Source: a virus (taxonomy: Duplodnaviria; Caudoviricetes). Taken from it: a stretch of DNA of 40,975 nt. The stretch is taken from the IMG/VR virus record IMGVR_UViG_3300038679_000061, positions 1 through 40,975 of that record; one strand, 5' to 3'. A program made the translations under genes and the position numbers. Positions 18,980 through 27,487 of the stretch are shown here, in pieces; position 1 is the stretch's first letter; the number at the start of each line of letters is the position of its first letter. The notes under the pieces were generated by a model. That model was given only the letters and a program-made list of their open reading frames with translations, was not told where the DNA came from and made no database searches.

Positions 18980-19225
18980 TTACTCGTCCGCGTCGGTGAA
19001 CTTCTGGCCGTCCTTGGTCACGACGACGACGTGGGCGCCGTAGTCCTTGAAGGACAGCACCTCGGAAGCCTCGACAGCCACCTTTTTGGCGCGAGGCACC
19101 TTGACGGGCTTGCCGGCATCGTTTTTGCCGTCCACCAGCTCGATGACGGTGCGCTTCACGCGCTTGGCGGCTTCGGCAGCGGTGAGCTGCTTGCCTTCGG
19201 TCTTGGTCTTGTCGTCGGACATCAA
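18980..19225 (-). CDS. Small head-associated protein
   Basis: GGAG RBS; first gene after the late promoter; VVVVTKDGQK motif. Confidence 0.7.
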   Translation of the reverse strand: MMSDDKTKTEGKQLTAAEAAKRVKRTVIELVDGKNDAGKPVKVPRAKKVAVEASEVLSFKDYGAHVVVVTKDGQKFTDADE

Positions 19226-19274
19226 TCACTCCATCGTGGATGAGCTGCGGGGTGCAGCGGTTGCGATGGAGCGG

Positions 19275-19321
19275 ACTGTGCCGGTGGTGGCACAAAAAAC
19301 TAAGGCCGACATGAGTCGGCC
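19275..19321 (-). promoter_or_regulatory. Late promoter 2 (head): activator palindrome plus -10 CACAGT
   Basis: CTAAGGCCGAC-ATGA-GTCGGCC; CACAGT at the same 19-nt spacing. Confidence 0.75.
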
Positions 19322-19344
19322 CGGTGGAGGCAGAAAAGCGGCTT

Positions 19345-19659
19345 CTAGCCTAGCACGCCACTTCGGTGGATGTGTGGGTTGAACAGCTCGTTGATCTCGT
19401 TGTGCGCCCAAATGCCATCAACATAGGCAACCTCGTTGCCATGCAGGCCGTCAAGCAGATCCATGAAATAGGTCTTCCGCCTGTCATAGCCCAGCGCCGC
19501 CAGGACTTCGCCACACATCTTGCGACCTGCCACCTTGTGGCCCTGCTGGTGCAGATAACAGCCGAGGGCAAAGGCATCTTTGTGGAGCATTTGAAGGTGC
19601 GGCGAGGTCACTTCCTTGTGGATGATCTCGCGCAGTTTTTCAACAGATTGGATTTTCAT
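19345..19659 (-). CDS. Accessory (moron) protein, 104 aa, unknown function
   Basis: GAGG RBS; lower GC; putative own promoter TTGCAA-N17-AACAAT (19715-19687). Confidence 0.7.
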   Translation of the reverse strand: MKIQSVEKLREIIHKEVTSPHLQMLHKDAFALGCYLHQQGHKVAGRKMCGEVLAALGYDRRKTYFMDLLDGLHGNEVAYVDGIWAHNEINELFNPHIHRSGVLG

Positions 19660-19835
19660 GGTTGGCCTCGTTGGATGATGAGCGCTATTGTTTGTGGCCG
19701 CATCCGATCTTGCAATACGCAAACCAAAGACAACCGCAATATTGTCAGTACGTTTAAACCCCGTTTAAAACGCCCGCCAAGGCCAGGCGGCGGTAATTTC
19801 CAAGGGGTTGCCGCGTCGCGGTCGTTTAAACGCTC

Positions 19836-20771
19836 CTAGCGGGCCGGGCCTTCCTTGCGTCTGCCAGCCTGTTTCGCTGCCTGGTCGAGTGCCGCTTTGC
19901 GGCCATCCAGCTTCAGCTCGCGTTCGGTAAACGGCTTGGCCCCCGGGGTCGATACCTTCCACCCCTTCATCCATGGAATCGAAATGCATCCGCAGTTGAT
20001 CACCTGGCCCACCGGCGCGGCCGGATCATGGGGGCACTGCATCATGTCAAAGCCGCCGCCAGGGTTGGGCACCTTGAACAGCTTCCCGGCTTCCACCACC
20101 TGGCCGTCCATCAGGTCGTGGTTCCAGCGGCTGTGGATCTTGCCGCTGCGCCGCCATTGCTTGCCCAGGCCCGGCACTATGGGCGAAGCCTGCACCAGGC
20201 GGTCGTTGTTGGCCACCGCGAAAGCACGGCTCACTTCGGTGTGCACGATGGTGGTGGCGCGCTTGGCCGACTCTTCGCCCAAGATCGCCTCCACCGACTT
20301 GATCGCTTCAACGGGCGTTTTGCCGCCGATGGTCACCAGGCCCAGTTGCTGCGCGATCTTGCCCGCCGCCACTTCTGTCACGTCTTTCATGCGGTCCACA
20401 GAGAAGGTCCGCATGGCCGCCAGCACGCGGGCATCCAGAGCCTGCAGGCGCATCTCGACATTGAAGCCGGCCACAGCCAGTGGCTTGTCCACGAAATCTT
20501 CGCCCAACTGCCAGGCGTCGCGCAGCGCCAGGCTGGCGGCAGTGCCCGCCAACGTGCCGGTGGCGGTGAGCACCGTCTCCAACTGGTCGCGCAACCTGGT
20601 GAGCTGCCACAGCTTCCAGTCAGCCGGCTGGGCCGTGAGCTGCTGGTTGATCTGCACCAGGGCATCGCGCAGCAAAGCCACCGTGCGCTGGTCGGTGGCC
20701 AGCAGCAACCTGGCGCGCTCGGCCAGGCGCTCCTTGATCGCGGCCTCGAAGGACTTCTGTTCCGGCGTCAC
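19836..20771 (-). CDS. Mu gpF-like head morphogenesis protein
   Basis: GTG start; RATTIVHTE, KQWRRSGK, H..MDGQ and PHDP...INCGC motifs. Confidence 0.88.
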   Translation of the reverse strand: MTPEQKSFEAAIKERLAERARLLLATDQRTVALLRDALVQINQQLTAQPADWKLWQLTRLRDQLETVLTATGTLAGTAASLALRDAWQLGEDFVDKPLAVAGFNVEMRLQALDARVLAAMRTFSVDRMKDVTEVAAGKIAQQLGLVTIGGKTPVEAIKSVEAILGEESAKRATTIVHTEVSRAFAVANNDRLVQASPIVPGLGKQWRRSGKIHSRWNHDLMDGQVVEAGKLFKVPNPGGGFDMMQCPHDPAAPVGQVINCGCISIPWMKGWKVSTPGAKPFTERELKLDGRKAALDQAAKQAGRRKEGPAR

Positions 20772-22294
20772 GCTCCATCCTCGTCCACGCCAACGGCCAC
20801 AGCAGGTGCGGCCGCGGGCGGGGCGGCTCGGCCCGCCTGGAGGGCCGCACGTTCGTCCGCCGAGAGGTTGAAGCTGTCCTCGGCCTGGCTCTTGGCCTTG
20901 CGCTCGGCCGCTTCCTTGCGCGCTGCCTCCAGCTCCGTCTTGGCGTCGAAGTCCTGACCGAAGCGCTGCGCCACGTCGGCCACGATCTTCAGCGCCGTCT
21001 CCTGCGTCAGCAGACCGGCGTCGATCATCTGGATCACCGACCCCACAAGTGCCTGCATCGCGCTGGCGAACTTGGTCACGTCCTTGTTCACCAGCTCGGG
21101 GAACACCGCCGTCACCTGCCACTTGTCTTCCGCCCAGTCGGGCTTCTCCCCGCTGGCCTGGGCGGCCTTCCACAACACAAAGCGCCCGATTTCCTCCAGC
21201 GCCAGCTTGAGGAAGTTCTGCCGGCCGGTGTAGATCTTGAAGGTGGGTTCACCCATTTCCGATGCGGCGGCCCGGTTTACATCACCGCCTCCGCCAAACC
21301 AATGCTCTGGCGTGGTGCTCCCGCCCAGCACGTGGTTGCGCAGCAGCCGGGCGCTCTCGCTGGTGTCGGCCGCCTGCAGGTCGGGTGCCTTGGCCTCCAG
21401 CTTCACGCTGTCGTTGTGGACGAAGGTGCTGTTGGGGGCGGGCGGGGTGAACTCCTTCTCGTATTTCTTGACCGCCTCGGGGTCGGCCCCGGTCAGCGTC
21501 ACGTCCCAGACAAAGGCGCGCAAGTAGCCAATGCGGTCCAGTTCGTTGAACAAGAACTCGTCATAGGCGTCCAGCCAGTCGATCTGCCCCAGCAGGTCGC
21601 TGCGGCCACGGCTGCCGTTGGGGAATTTGTTGAGCTGGTACAGCAGGCACTCGCCATCCGCGAAGTCCTCCGCGCGGATGCGGGCCGTGTTGGCGCTGAA
21701 CAGATCGTCGTCTTCGCCCAGCACGATCACGCGGTATTTGTGCTGCTTGCCCCGGTTGTCGCGTTTGGTCACCACGCCAATGGGCTGCTCGGGGTTGTCG
21801 GGGTCGGTCACCACGGTGGCGATCTGGCGCGGGTCCAGGTAGCCCAGGCGCACGAAGCCGTCGCCATCGCGCACGTTGGCGATGTAGCACTGCTCGCCCA
21901 GCAGGCCCAGGGCACGCACGCGGGGGGTGAGTTTCAAAGGCCAGTTGTTGATGGGGTCTGACCAGAAAGCGTTGATCAGCTTTTGATGGTCCTCATCTTT
22001 GCACTGCAGCGTCACGCCCTCGGCCAGCAGGTAAGCCAGCGGCAGCTCCACCAGGCGGTTGGCGAGCAGGTTGCTCTGCCAAAGGTATTCCGCCACCTTC
22101 TGCATGCGGTCCTGGGCCATGGGCGACAGGTCGCGTTCGTTCTGGCTGCTCAAGCCATCGCCACTCAGGCGGCGCCATCCTGGTTCATCCGAGCCTTGGG
22201 CCGAGGCGGCCTCGCGCATCGGTGTCGGTGTCGGTGTTGGGGCGGCTGCGGGCAAGAGGCCCACCGCTTCAAGCATTCGGTCAAAAAATCCCAT
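20768..22294 (-). CDS. Portal protein
   Basis: About 508 aa between terL and the gpF-like gene; RGRSDL and PEHWFGGGGDVNRAAA motifs. Confidence 0.82.
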   Translation of the reverse strand: MGFFDRMLEAVGLLPAAAPTPTPTPMREAASAQGSDEPGWRRLSGDGLSSQNERDLSPMAQDRMQKVAEYLWQSNLLANRLVELPLAYLLAEGVTLQCKDEDHQKLINAFWSDPINNWPLKLTPRVRALGLLGEQCYIANVRDGDGFVRLGYLDPRQIATVVTDPDNPEQPIGVVTKRDNRGKQHKYRVIVLGEDDDLFSANTARIRAEDFADGECLLYQLNKFPNGSRGRSDLLGQIDWLDAYDEFLFNELDRIGYLRAFVWDVTLTGADPEAVKKYEKEFTPPAPNSTFVHNDSVKLEAKAPDLQAADTSESARLLRNHVLGGSTTPEHWFGGGGDVNRAAASEMGEPTFKIYTGRQNFLKLALEEIGRFVLWKAAQASGEKPDWAEDKWQVTAVFPELVNKDVTKFASAMQALVGSVIQMIDAGLLTQETALKIVADVAQRFGQDFDAKTELEAARKEAAERKAKSQAEDSFNLSADERAALQAGRAAPPAAAPAVAVGVDEDGA

Positions 22295-22298
22295 GGCG

Positions 22299-22478
22299 TC
22301 AGTCCTCTGCGGCCTGCTCGGCACCCACAAGGGCGAGCGCCAGGCGGCCATGATCGTTGTGCGTGGTGACCACCTCGCGCAGTTTTTGCGCGGCCAGCTC
22401 CACGCCCTTGCGGTCAGCTTCTGGCAGGCCCACGATGTGGCCCCGGATGATCAAGAGGGTTTGTTGTTCTTCGGTCAT
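22299..22478 (-). CDS. Small hypothetical protein (59 aa)
   Basis: Fills the terL-portal gap; helical. Confidence 0.55.
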   Translation of the reverse strand: MTEEQQTLLIIRGHIVGLPEADRKGVELAAQKLREVVTTHNDHGRLALALVGAEQAAED

Positions 22479-22492
22479 TGCGTGATACTTGG

Positions 22493-24160
22493 TTACCCCC
22501 GCCGGAACATGCGCTGGGCCGTATGGCCGTAGCGCGCCCGGGCGGACTGTTGCGAACTGGTATTGCCACCCTGGGCCGCTGCCGCCACGCCGCCCGTCAC
22601 GGCCAGCATCCACAGCATCACGATCATGTCGGGGCCGTCGTCGTGGTCGGCCTTGGGAAAGTGGCGGAACTGGTCGATCAGGGTGGTCTGGCTGCTGTGC
22701 AGGCGAATCAGCCCGTTGTGCATGTGCGGCTGCAGGGTCTCGATGCGCAGCAGCTTGTCGCTGATCGGGATCAGGGCGCGCGCCGGTACCGGCACGTGCA
22801 GTTGGGCGCTGCGCTTGATCAGCTCGGTGCGCAGGAACTCCTGAAACTGCACCGCCTCCACGCCCCAGACGATGCAGCAGTACTCGCGCTGCAGCTCAAT
22901 GATGTCGCTGATGATCCGGTCGGGGGTGCGCTTCTTGATCTTGGCCTCCACCACATCCAGGACGCCGGTCTCTCGGTTGTAGCCACCCACGCCCAGGGCG
23001 CTCGGGTCGCGGCTGTTGCCGGCCTTGCCCAGGCTGGGGTCCGCCGCGCCATAGAACACCCACTCGGCCAGGCGGTTCACCCAGAAGCGTATTGAGGCGT
23101 TGAACGGGGCATCCTCGCCCGCCACCGGGTCATTCTGCTGCTCGCTGTCGAACGCGGCATGGCCTTCCCGGGCCCGGCGGATCATCAGCTTGTGGATCGG
23201 CCGCAGCGCGGGCCAGCTCACCACCGCGCCCCGGTCCATGTCGGCCTGCTGCTCGCGATACATCGCCATGGCCGCGGCTTCGCCCTCCTGCGGCGTGTCG
23301 GCATTGAGCAGCAGCCCTTCGAACTGCTCCCACAGGTCCATCCGCTCCGGCCACTGGATGATGGCCTTGAGCACCTTGCGGTTCCAGAGCGGGTTCTTCA
23401 GGAAGCGCGCCAACACCGAGTCATAGTGCAACACCGTGCCCACCAGGATCGCGTGCATGGAGTCATCCGGAGGCCCCAGGTTGAGCACGCTGGCTGTGAC
23501 GAACTTCTGCAGCTTGTCGCGCTGGGCCGGTGTGGCGACGTTCTCGTCGTTCTCAATGTCGTCCATGATCGCCAGGTCGGGCCGGTGCGCGCCGTGGCGG
23601 CGGCCCCGAATCTTCTTGGCCGAGCCGAAGGCCTCAATCTTGCGGCCGTTGCGCGTCACGATCACGCCCGCGCGCCAAACCTTGCCCTGGCCGTACACCT
23701 CGGGGAAGTCGCCGCCAATGCGCGGGTTGGCCTCCAGCTCGGCCTTGATGGCTTCCAGCATCTCGGCCGCCTGCTCAAAGGCGTCCATCACGATGATCGG
23801 GTACCAGAGCTGCTCGGTGACCACGCACCAGGCTGCGAAGCTCATGCTGATCTTGGTGGACTTGGCCTCGCCCCGGGGTGCTGCCAGGGCATCGCGCTGG
23901 CCGGTGGGCGAATTGATGATCTCCGGGAGGCGTTTGTAGAGGTACAGGTGCAGCGCGCTGGGCTCGGCCTTGCCGTAGTGGGGGAAGTAGTTCCGGTCCC
24001 AGTACTCGAAGCCGGTCACCGGGTCAAACACCTTGCGGCGCCGCTCGGCGATCGCCTCGGGCGTCACGTCCCAGCCGTCCAGGTTGGCATCAATCTGGCG
24101 GCGCAGGCCATCGGCCAGAGCGGCCAGGCCGTCCAGGAACTCCTTGCTGGTCTTGGCCAT
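22493..24160 (-). CDS. terL: Terminase large subunit
   Basis: APRGEAKST Walker A, IMDDIE Walker B, VGTVLH coupling motif; nuclease domain DPSLG and HDDGPD. Confidence 0.93.
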   Translation of the reverse strand: MAKTSKEFLDGLAALADGLRRQIDANLDGWDVTPEAIAERRRKVFDPVTGFEYWDRNYFPHYGKAEPSALHLYLYKRLPEIINSPTGQRDALAAPRGEAKSTKISMSFAAWCVVTEQLWYPIIVMDAFEQAAEMLEAIKAELEANPRIGGDFPEVYGQGKVWRAGVIVTRNGRKIEAFGSAKKIRGRRHGAHRPDLAIMDDIENDENVATPAQRDKLQKFVTASVLNLGPPDDSMHAILVGTVLHYDSVLARFLKNPLWNRKVLKAIIQWPERMDLWEQFEGLLLNADTPQEGEAAAMAMYREQQADMDRGAVVSWPALRPIHKLMIRRAREGHAAFDSEQQNDPVAGEDAPFNASIRFWVNRLAEWVFYGAADPSLGKAGNSRDPSALGVGGYNRETGVLDVVEAKIKKRTPDRIISDIIELQREYCCIVWGVEAVQFQEFLRTELIKRSAQLHVPVPARALIPISDKLLRIETLQPHMHNGLIRLHSSQTTLIDQFRHFPKADHDDGPDMIVMLWMLAVTGGVAAAAQGGNTSSQQSARARYGHTAQRMFRRG

Positions 24161-24164
24161 GGCG

Positions 24165-24662
24165 CTACTTCACCTTGGCGAGTTCTTCACCAAACGGCTC
24201 CAGCAGCTCCACCATGGCGGTCAGGTGCTGCGGGTACCGGCCCTGGGCGAAAGTGACCAGGCGCTGCAACACGTCAAGCTGGATGGCCTGCTTGTTCAGC
24301 TCCGGCGACAGGCGTTTAAAACTCGCCATCGTCTTGTTGAAGCTGTCGCTCATGGAGGCCAGTGTGTCGGCCCGATCACGCGCGCTCATGTCCTTGGAGT
24401 CGCGCAGCTGGTCCATGGTGGCCTGGTGCTGCACCAGGTAGTCTTCCAGCAGCTTCTTGCTCAGCGTGCTGAAGTTGTCGTCGCCCAGGGCCACGGCTGC
24501 GCGCACGGTTTCCCAGTCGTCGCCCTTGTCGGCGGCTTCCTGCTTCCAGCGGTTGGCGGTGCTGCGGGGAATGCCCACCTTCTTGCAGGCGGTTTCCATC
24601 GCCATGCGCTGGTAAACGTACAGGCCCCGAAGCTGAGTGCGTTTCTCGGATGCGTGGGCCAT
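24165..24662 (-). CDS. terS: DUF1804-family putative terminase small subunit
   Basis: N-terminal HTH (GIPRSTANRWK...GDDWETVRAA) directly upstream of terL. Confidence 0.8.
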   Translation of the reverse strand: MAHASEKRTQLRGLYVYQRMAMETACKKVGIPRSTANRWKQEAADKGDDWETVRAAVALGDDNFSTLSKKLLEDYLVQHQATMDQLRDSKDMSARDRADTLASMSDSFNKTMASFKRLSPELNKQAIQLDVLQRLVTFAQGRYPQHLTAMVELLEPFGEELAKVK

Positions 24663-24934
24663 TACTGTCCGGTGCCTCCACGGCTCAGCCACTGCTTCGC
24701 GCCTTCGATCGCCAGGGCGATGCCGATGGAAACGGCCGATCCGCTGATGGCACCTGCCACGGCCGCCTTCTGCTCGACCACGCGCAGGCGCTTGTCAATG
24801 GAGTTGTGGCGCTCCTCCATGCGCGCGTCCAGCGTGTCAATGCGTTGGTCCTGGCGCACCAGGTGGGCGGTGATGCTGTCGAGCTTGCCGTCCATCTTTC
24901 CCAGCAGCATGAGTTCGTCTTTTTCCATCGCCAT
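24662..24934 (-). CDS. Coiled-coil protein with C-terminal TM (XhlA/holin-like lysis-region protein)
   Basis: Heptad N-terminus and a hydrophobic Gly/Ala-rich C-terminus. Confidence 0.6.
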   Translation of the reverse strand: MAMEKDELMLLGKMDGKLDSITAHLVRQDQRIDTLDARMEERHNSIDKRLRVVEQKAAVAGAISGSAVSIGIALAIEGAKQWLSRGGTGQ

Positions 24935-24940
24935 GGCGCG

Positions 24941-25552
24941 TCACTTTCCGTCTTTTAAAAAGTCAATCAGGTGTTGGAACCGCTGCCGGTCTTCGGCGCA
25001 GGTTCGGGCATTGGTTGCCTGGTTGTCCCAGGCGTCGTCGAGCGTGAGGCCGGCGCTTTCGGCGCAAGCAGCGTCGGCGCTTTCGGAGGCACCAGCAGAG
25101 CCGCAGGCACCGGCTGGCGCATCAACACCGGTGAGCGCGCCATTCCACATGCGGACAGCAGCAAGAGTGAGCACAGGGCCGCTGTCGCCAGCAGCACCAG
25201 GCGCAGGCCGCTTGCCTGGGCCCGGCGCATCGGGCACGGGTGTGTTGCTGCATGGAGCCACAACCACAGGCCCAGGCACAACAAGAGGAGCGCGGCGGCG
25301 AAGATCCAGATACTGGGTGTTGAGGTCGGCATAGCGGGCTTCCTGGTCGAGGTGTTCCTGGAGATAGCTGGCGGCAGCCAGGTCGGCGCGTTTGGTTTCC
25401 TTGGCGATCGCCTTGGATACCGCCTGCTCGGCCTTGGCTTGCTTGGCCTGCCAGGCGTTGTCGGTGGCCGTGTGGCCCCACCAGTAGCCACCGCCCACGA
25501 GGGCCAGGGCTGTGCAGAGCAGGGCCAGCGCGCGCGCGGCAAGGCTGCTCAT
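24941..25552 (-). CDS. Rz: Inner-membrane spanin (Rz-like)
   Basis: N-terminal TM, coiled coil and Cys-containing C-terminus; follows the endolysin. Confidence 0.75.
   Translation of the reverse strand: MSSLAARALALLCTALALVGGGYWWGHTATDNAWQAKQAKAEQAVSKAIAKETKRADLAAASYLQEHLDQEARYADLNTQYLDLRRRAPLVVPGPVVVAPCSNTPVPDAPGPGKRPAPGAAGDSGPVLTLAAVRMWNGALTGVDAPAGACGSAGASESADAACAESAGLTLDDAWDNQATNARTCAEDRQRFQHLIDFLKDGK
24967..25230 (-). CDS. Rz1: Embedded outer-membrane spanin lipoprotein (Rz1-like)
   Basis: Alternative frame inside Rz: MRRAQASGLRLVLLATAALCSLLLLSA-C lipobox and Pro-rich mature part. Confidence 0.7.
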   Translation of the reverse strand: MRRAQASGLRLVLLATAALCSLLLLSACGMARSPVLMRQPVPAALLVPPKAPTLLAPKAPASRSTTPGTTRQPMPEPAPKTGSGSNT

Positions 25553-26112
25553 CGCTGCAGCTCCATGCACTTCTGGTGGCGCTCGGCCTGGCGGTTCCAG
25601 ACGCCGCGGCAAACCTTGTTGCCAGGCGTTGAGCAGTCGAACTCCCATCGGATGGGGCGGCCCTGCGCATCGCGCCGGTTCACCACCCAGCCCGGCCCTT
25701 CTTTGCGCGCGCTGGTCATCTTGCGGTAGTTCAGCAGCGCGTTGCAGGCCTGCGGGTAGTTGCTCGCCAGCAGCTGGCTGCGCATGCCCGATTTCAGCCA
25801 GGCACCCGTGCCGTACTGATAGACGAAGTCCATGTAAAGGTCGTACTCACCCTGGGTCAGGGCCACGCCCGGCAGGCTGTCGCGAAAGATCGCTTCTTCC
25901 TTGCCGATGTGCGCCTGCGCTTTGATGAGGGCGCGCACGGGTGTGGTGGTGTCGCCCATCTTCACGGGCTTGCCGTCTTCGTGCTTCGTGGATCCAAAGC
26001 CCAGGGTGGGCACATCGCCCTGGGTGGGAATCACCGCTGTGGTCGTGTAGTGCTCATGCACTGCTAGACCAACGAACGCGGAGAACGACAGCGACAGGCC
26101 GGCGACCAGCAT
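25549..26112 (-). CDS. Endolysin, GH24 lysozyme with SAR-like N-terminus (start may be TTG 26163)
   Basis: Weakly hydrophobic N-terminal segment followed by an E...D..T catalytic triad (HEHY...GDVPTLGFGST); FVYQYG; CRGVWNRQ. Confidence 0.88.
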   Translation of the reverse strand: MLVAGLSLSFSAFVGLAVHEHYTTTAVIPTQGDVPTLGFGSTKHEDGKPVKMGDTTTPVRALIKAQAHIGKEEAIFRDSLPGVALTQGEYDLYMDFVYQYGTGAWLKSGMRSQLLASNYPQACNALLNYRKMTSARKEGPGWVVNRRDAQGRPIRWEFDCSTPGNKVCRGVWNRQAERHQKCMELQR

Positions 26113-26206
26113 GCGCGGGCTGACGGCACCGCGTAAGGATGAGGGCCGCCTGACAATGGACAATGGTCGCTTCTCACCACCACCATACCCATTGAAAGGG
26201 GCACTC

Positions 26207-26386
26207 ATGAACGAAGCACAGGCCGCAGCCTTAACCGACCAGATCATTGGCAAACTCCTGACGCATCAGGAGAACGCGCTGGGCACGTACCCTTTGAATG
26301 ATGAGTCTCAGGCTCGGTTCGCTGCAAAGAGCATTGCTGCGTTTCGCCTGCAACTGATTGAGGAACTGAAGACGCAACCGCAGTGA
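26207..26386 (+). CDS. Small antisense accessory protein (59 aa)
   Basis: GAAAGGGG RBS before ATG 26207; MNEAQAAALTDQIIGKLL..., helical. Confidence 0.55.
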   Translation: MNEAQAAALTDQIIGKLLTHQENALGTYPLNDESQARFAAKSIAAFRLQLIEELKTQPQ

Positions 26387-26585
26387 CCGCAGCGCGGTAG
26401 ACCCGGCCCGCGTTTTCGCCAAAGGAGTCGGTGGCCGCCATGTCGGCTTTCGACTTCGCCCATTCCTGCGCCGCCGCCAGTCCTACCTGGTGGCGGCGTT
26501 CTTGTTTTCTGTTGACGAAGAAAGCAACGGCGGCAATAGCCGCAACGCTGATGAAGCCGAGGATGAAGGAGGATGTGATGCCCAT
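26244..26585 (-). CDS. Single-TM protein, first gene of the lysis operon (holin/antiholin candidate)
   Basis: N-terminal TM followed by a basic stretch; ATG 7 nt from the late-promoter -10 (leaderless). Confidence 0.5.
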   Translation of the reverse strand: MGITSSFILGFISVAAIAAVAFFVNRKQERRHQVGLAAAQEWAKSKADMAATDSFGENAGRVYRAAVTAVASSVPQSVAGETQQCSLQRTEPETHHSKGTCPARSPDASGVCQ

Positions 26586-26591
26586 GCCGCG

Positions 26592-26643
26592 ACTGTCGTC
26601 GGGAGGGCAGAAACAACTAAGGCCGACATGGGTCGGCCTTAGT
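26592..26643 (-). promoter_or_regulatory. Late promoter 1 (lysis): activator palindrome plus -10 GACAGT; terminator-like for the upstream accessory operon
   Basis: ACTAAGGCCGAC-ATGG-GTCGGCCTTAGT; GACAGT at the same 19-nt spacing. Confidence 0.75.
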
Positions 26644-26663
26644 AGGGGAGGCGAGAGAGGTTT

Positions 26664-27272
26664 CTAAGGTGCCACGGGAGGCTGGGGCGCGGCAATCTTT
26701 GGCGCGGATTCGCGAGGCCCGCGTTCAATGATTCTCGAACCATCGAAACTGTAAAGGTGCATCCAGCAGACCTCCCACCAGTTGAGCGGATAAACCTTCT
26801 GACGGCGTCCGACAGCGATTTCATTTTGACAATGAATCACCAGCGCTGCAAAAGAGGGTGGCTCGCCCGATTCGATCTTCGCCACCTGCGCCTTGAAGTC
26901 GGATAGATGCTCTTGAGTCCACTCTACGCCCACTGCATACATGGCAGCCAAGATCGATTTGAATTGGGCTTTGAGCTGGCCATGCACCCGCGCCCGCTCC
27001 GAAAACCCAAAGACCAGTGGCAGTATGGAAGCAATCGCGGCAATCAGCGCCAGCCACTTCCCCCAGTCCCCATCCTTGCCGGCAATATCGGCAAAAGCGG
27101 ACGTGGCTGCGATTGCCGTCGCGGCCTGCAGCGCACGCTCCATACCGCCGAGAAAGCGCTCACGTTTGGCGTGATACGAGGCAGACAACCGGCAGCGTTC
27201 AAGCAGCTCTTCTTGTTCGTCCCAAAGAAATTTGGCACGGTCGACCAAAGGCGAGCTTTCTGTTGTGGACAT
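26664..27272 (-). CDS. SLATT-like two-TM effector protein
   Basis: SASYH...RERF, then two hydrophobic helices, then FSERARVH, the usual SLATT layout. Confidence 0.6.
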   Translation of the reverse strand: MSTTESSPLVDRAKFLWDEQEELLERCRLSASYHAKRERFLGGMERALQAATAIAATSAFADIAGKDGDWGKWLALIAAIASILPLVFGFSERARVHGQLKAQFKSILAAMYAVGVEWTQEHLSDFKAQVAKIESGEPPSFAALVIHCQNEIAVGRRQKVYPLNWWEVCWMHLYSFDGSRIIERGPRESAPKIAAPQPPVAP

Positions 27273-27280
27273 GAGGACTC

Positions 27281-27475
27281 CTACTTCTTTGGCGGGGGAG
27301 GCCTGGTCTCCCCACGCGGTGCTATCGGGTCTATCGTAGTCTTGCTGTCACTTGTTGGTGAGCGCCAGTTTTCAAGTGCGGGGGTGCGACCCGACTCGCG
27401 TTGAGGCACCTGACTCGGTTCCCTTCGTCCGCTAGAGCTGCGGTTTTTACCTTGGTCATTCTGATTTGTGGCCAT
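27281..27475 (-). CDS. Small disordered peptide (64 aa) ending PPPPKK
   Basis: AAGGAAAG RBS; tightly spaced between its neighbours. Confidence 0.55.
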   Translation of the reverse strand: MATNQNDQGKNRSSSGRREPSQVPQRESGRTPALENWRSPTSDSKTTIDPIAPRGETRPPPPKK

Positions 27476-27487
27476 GTCATGCTTTCC

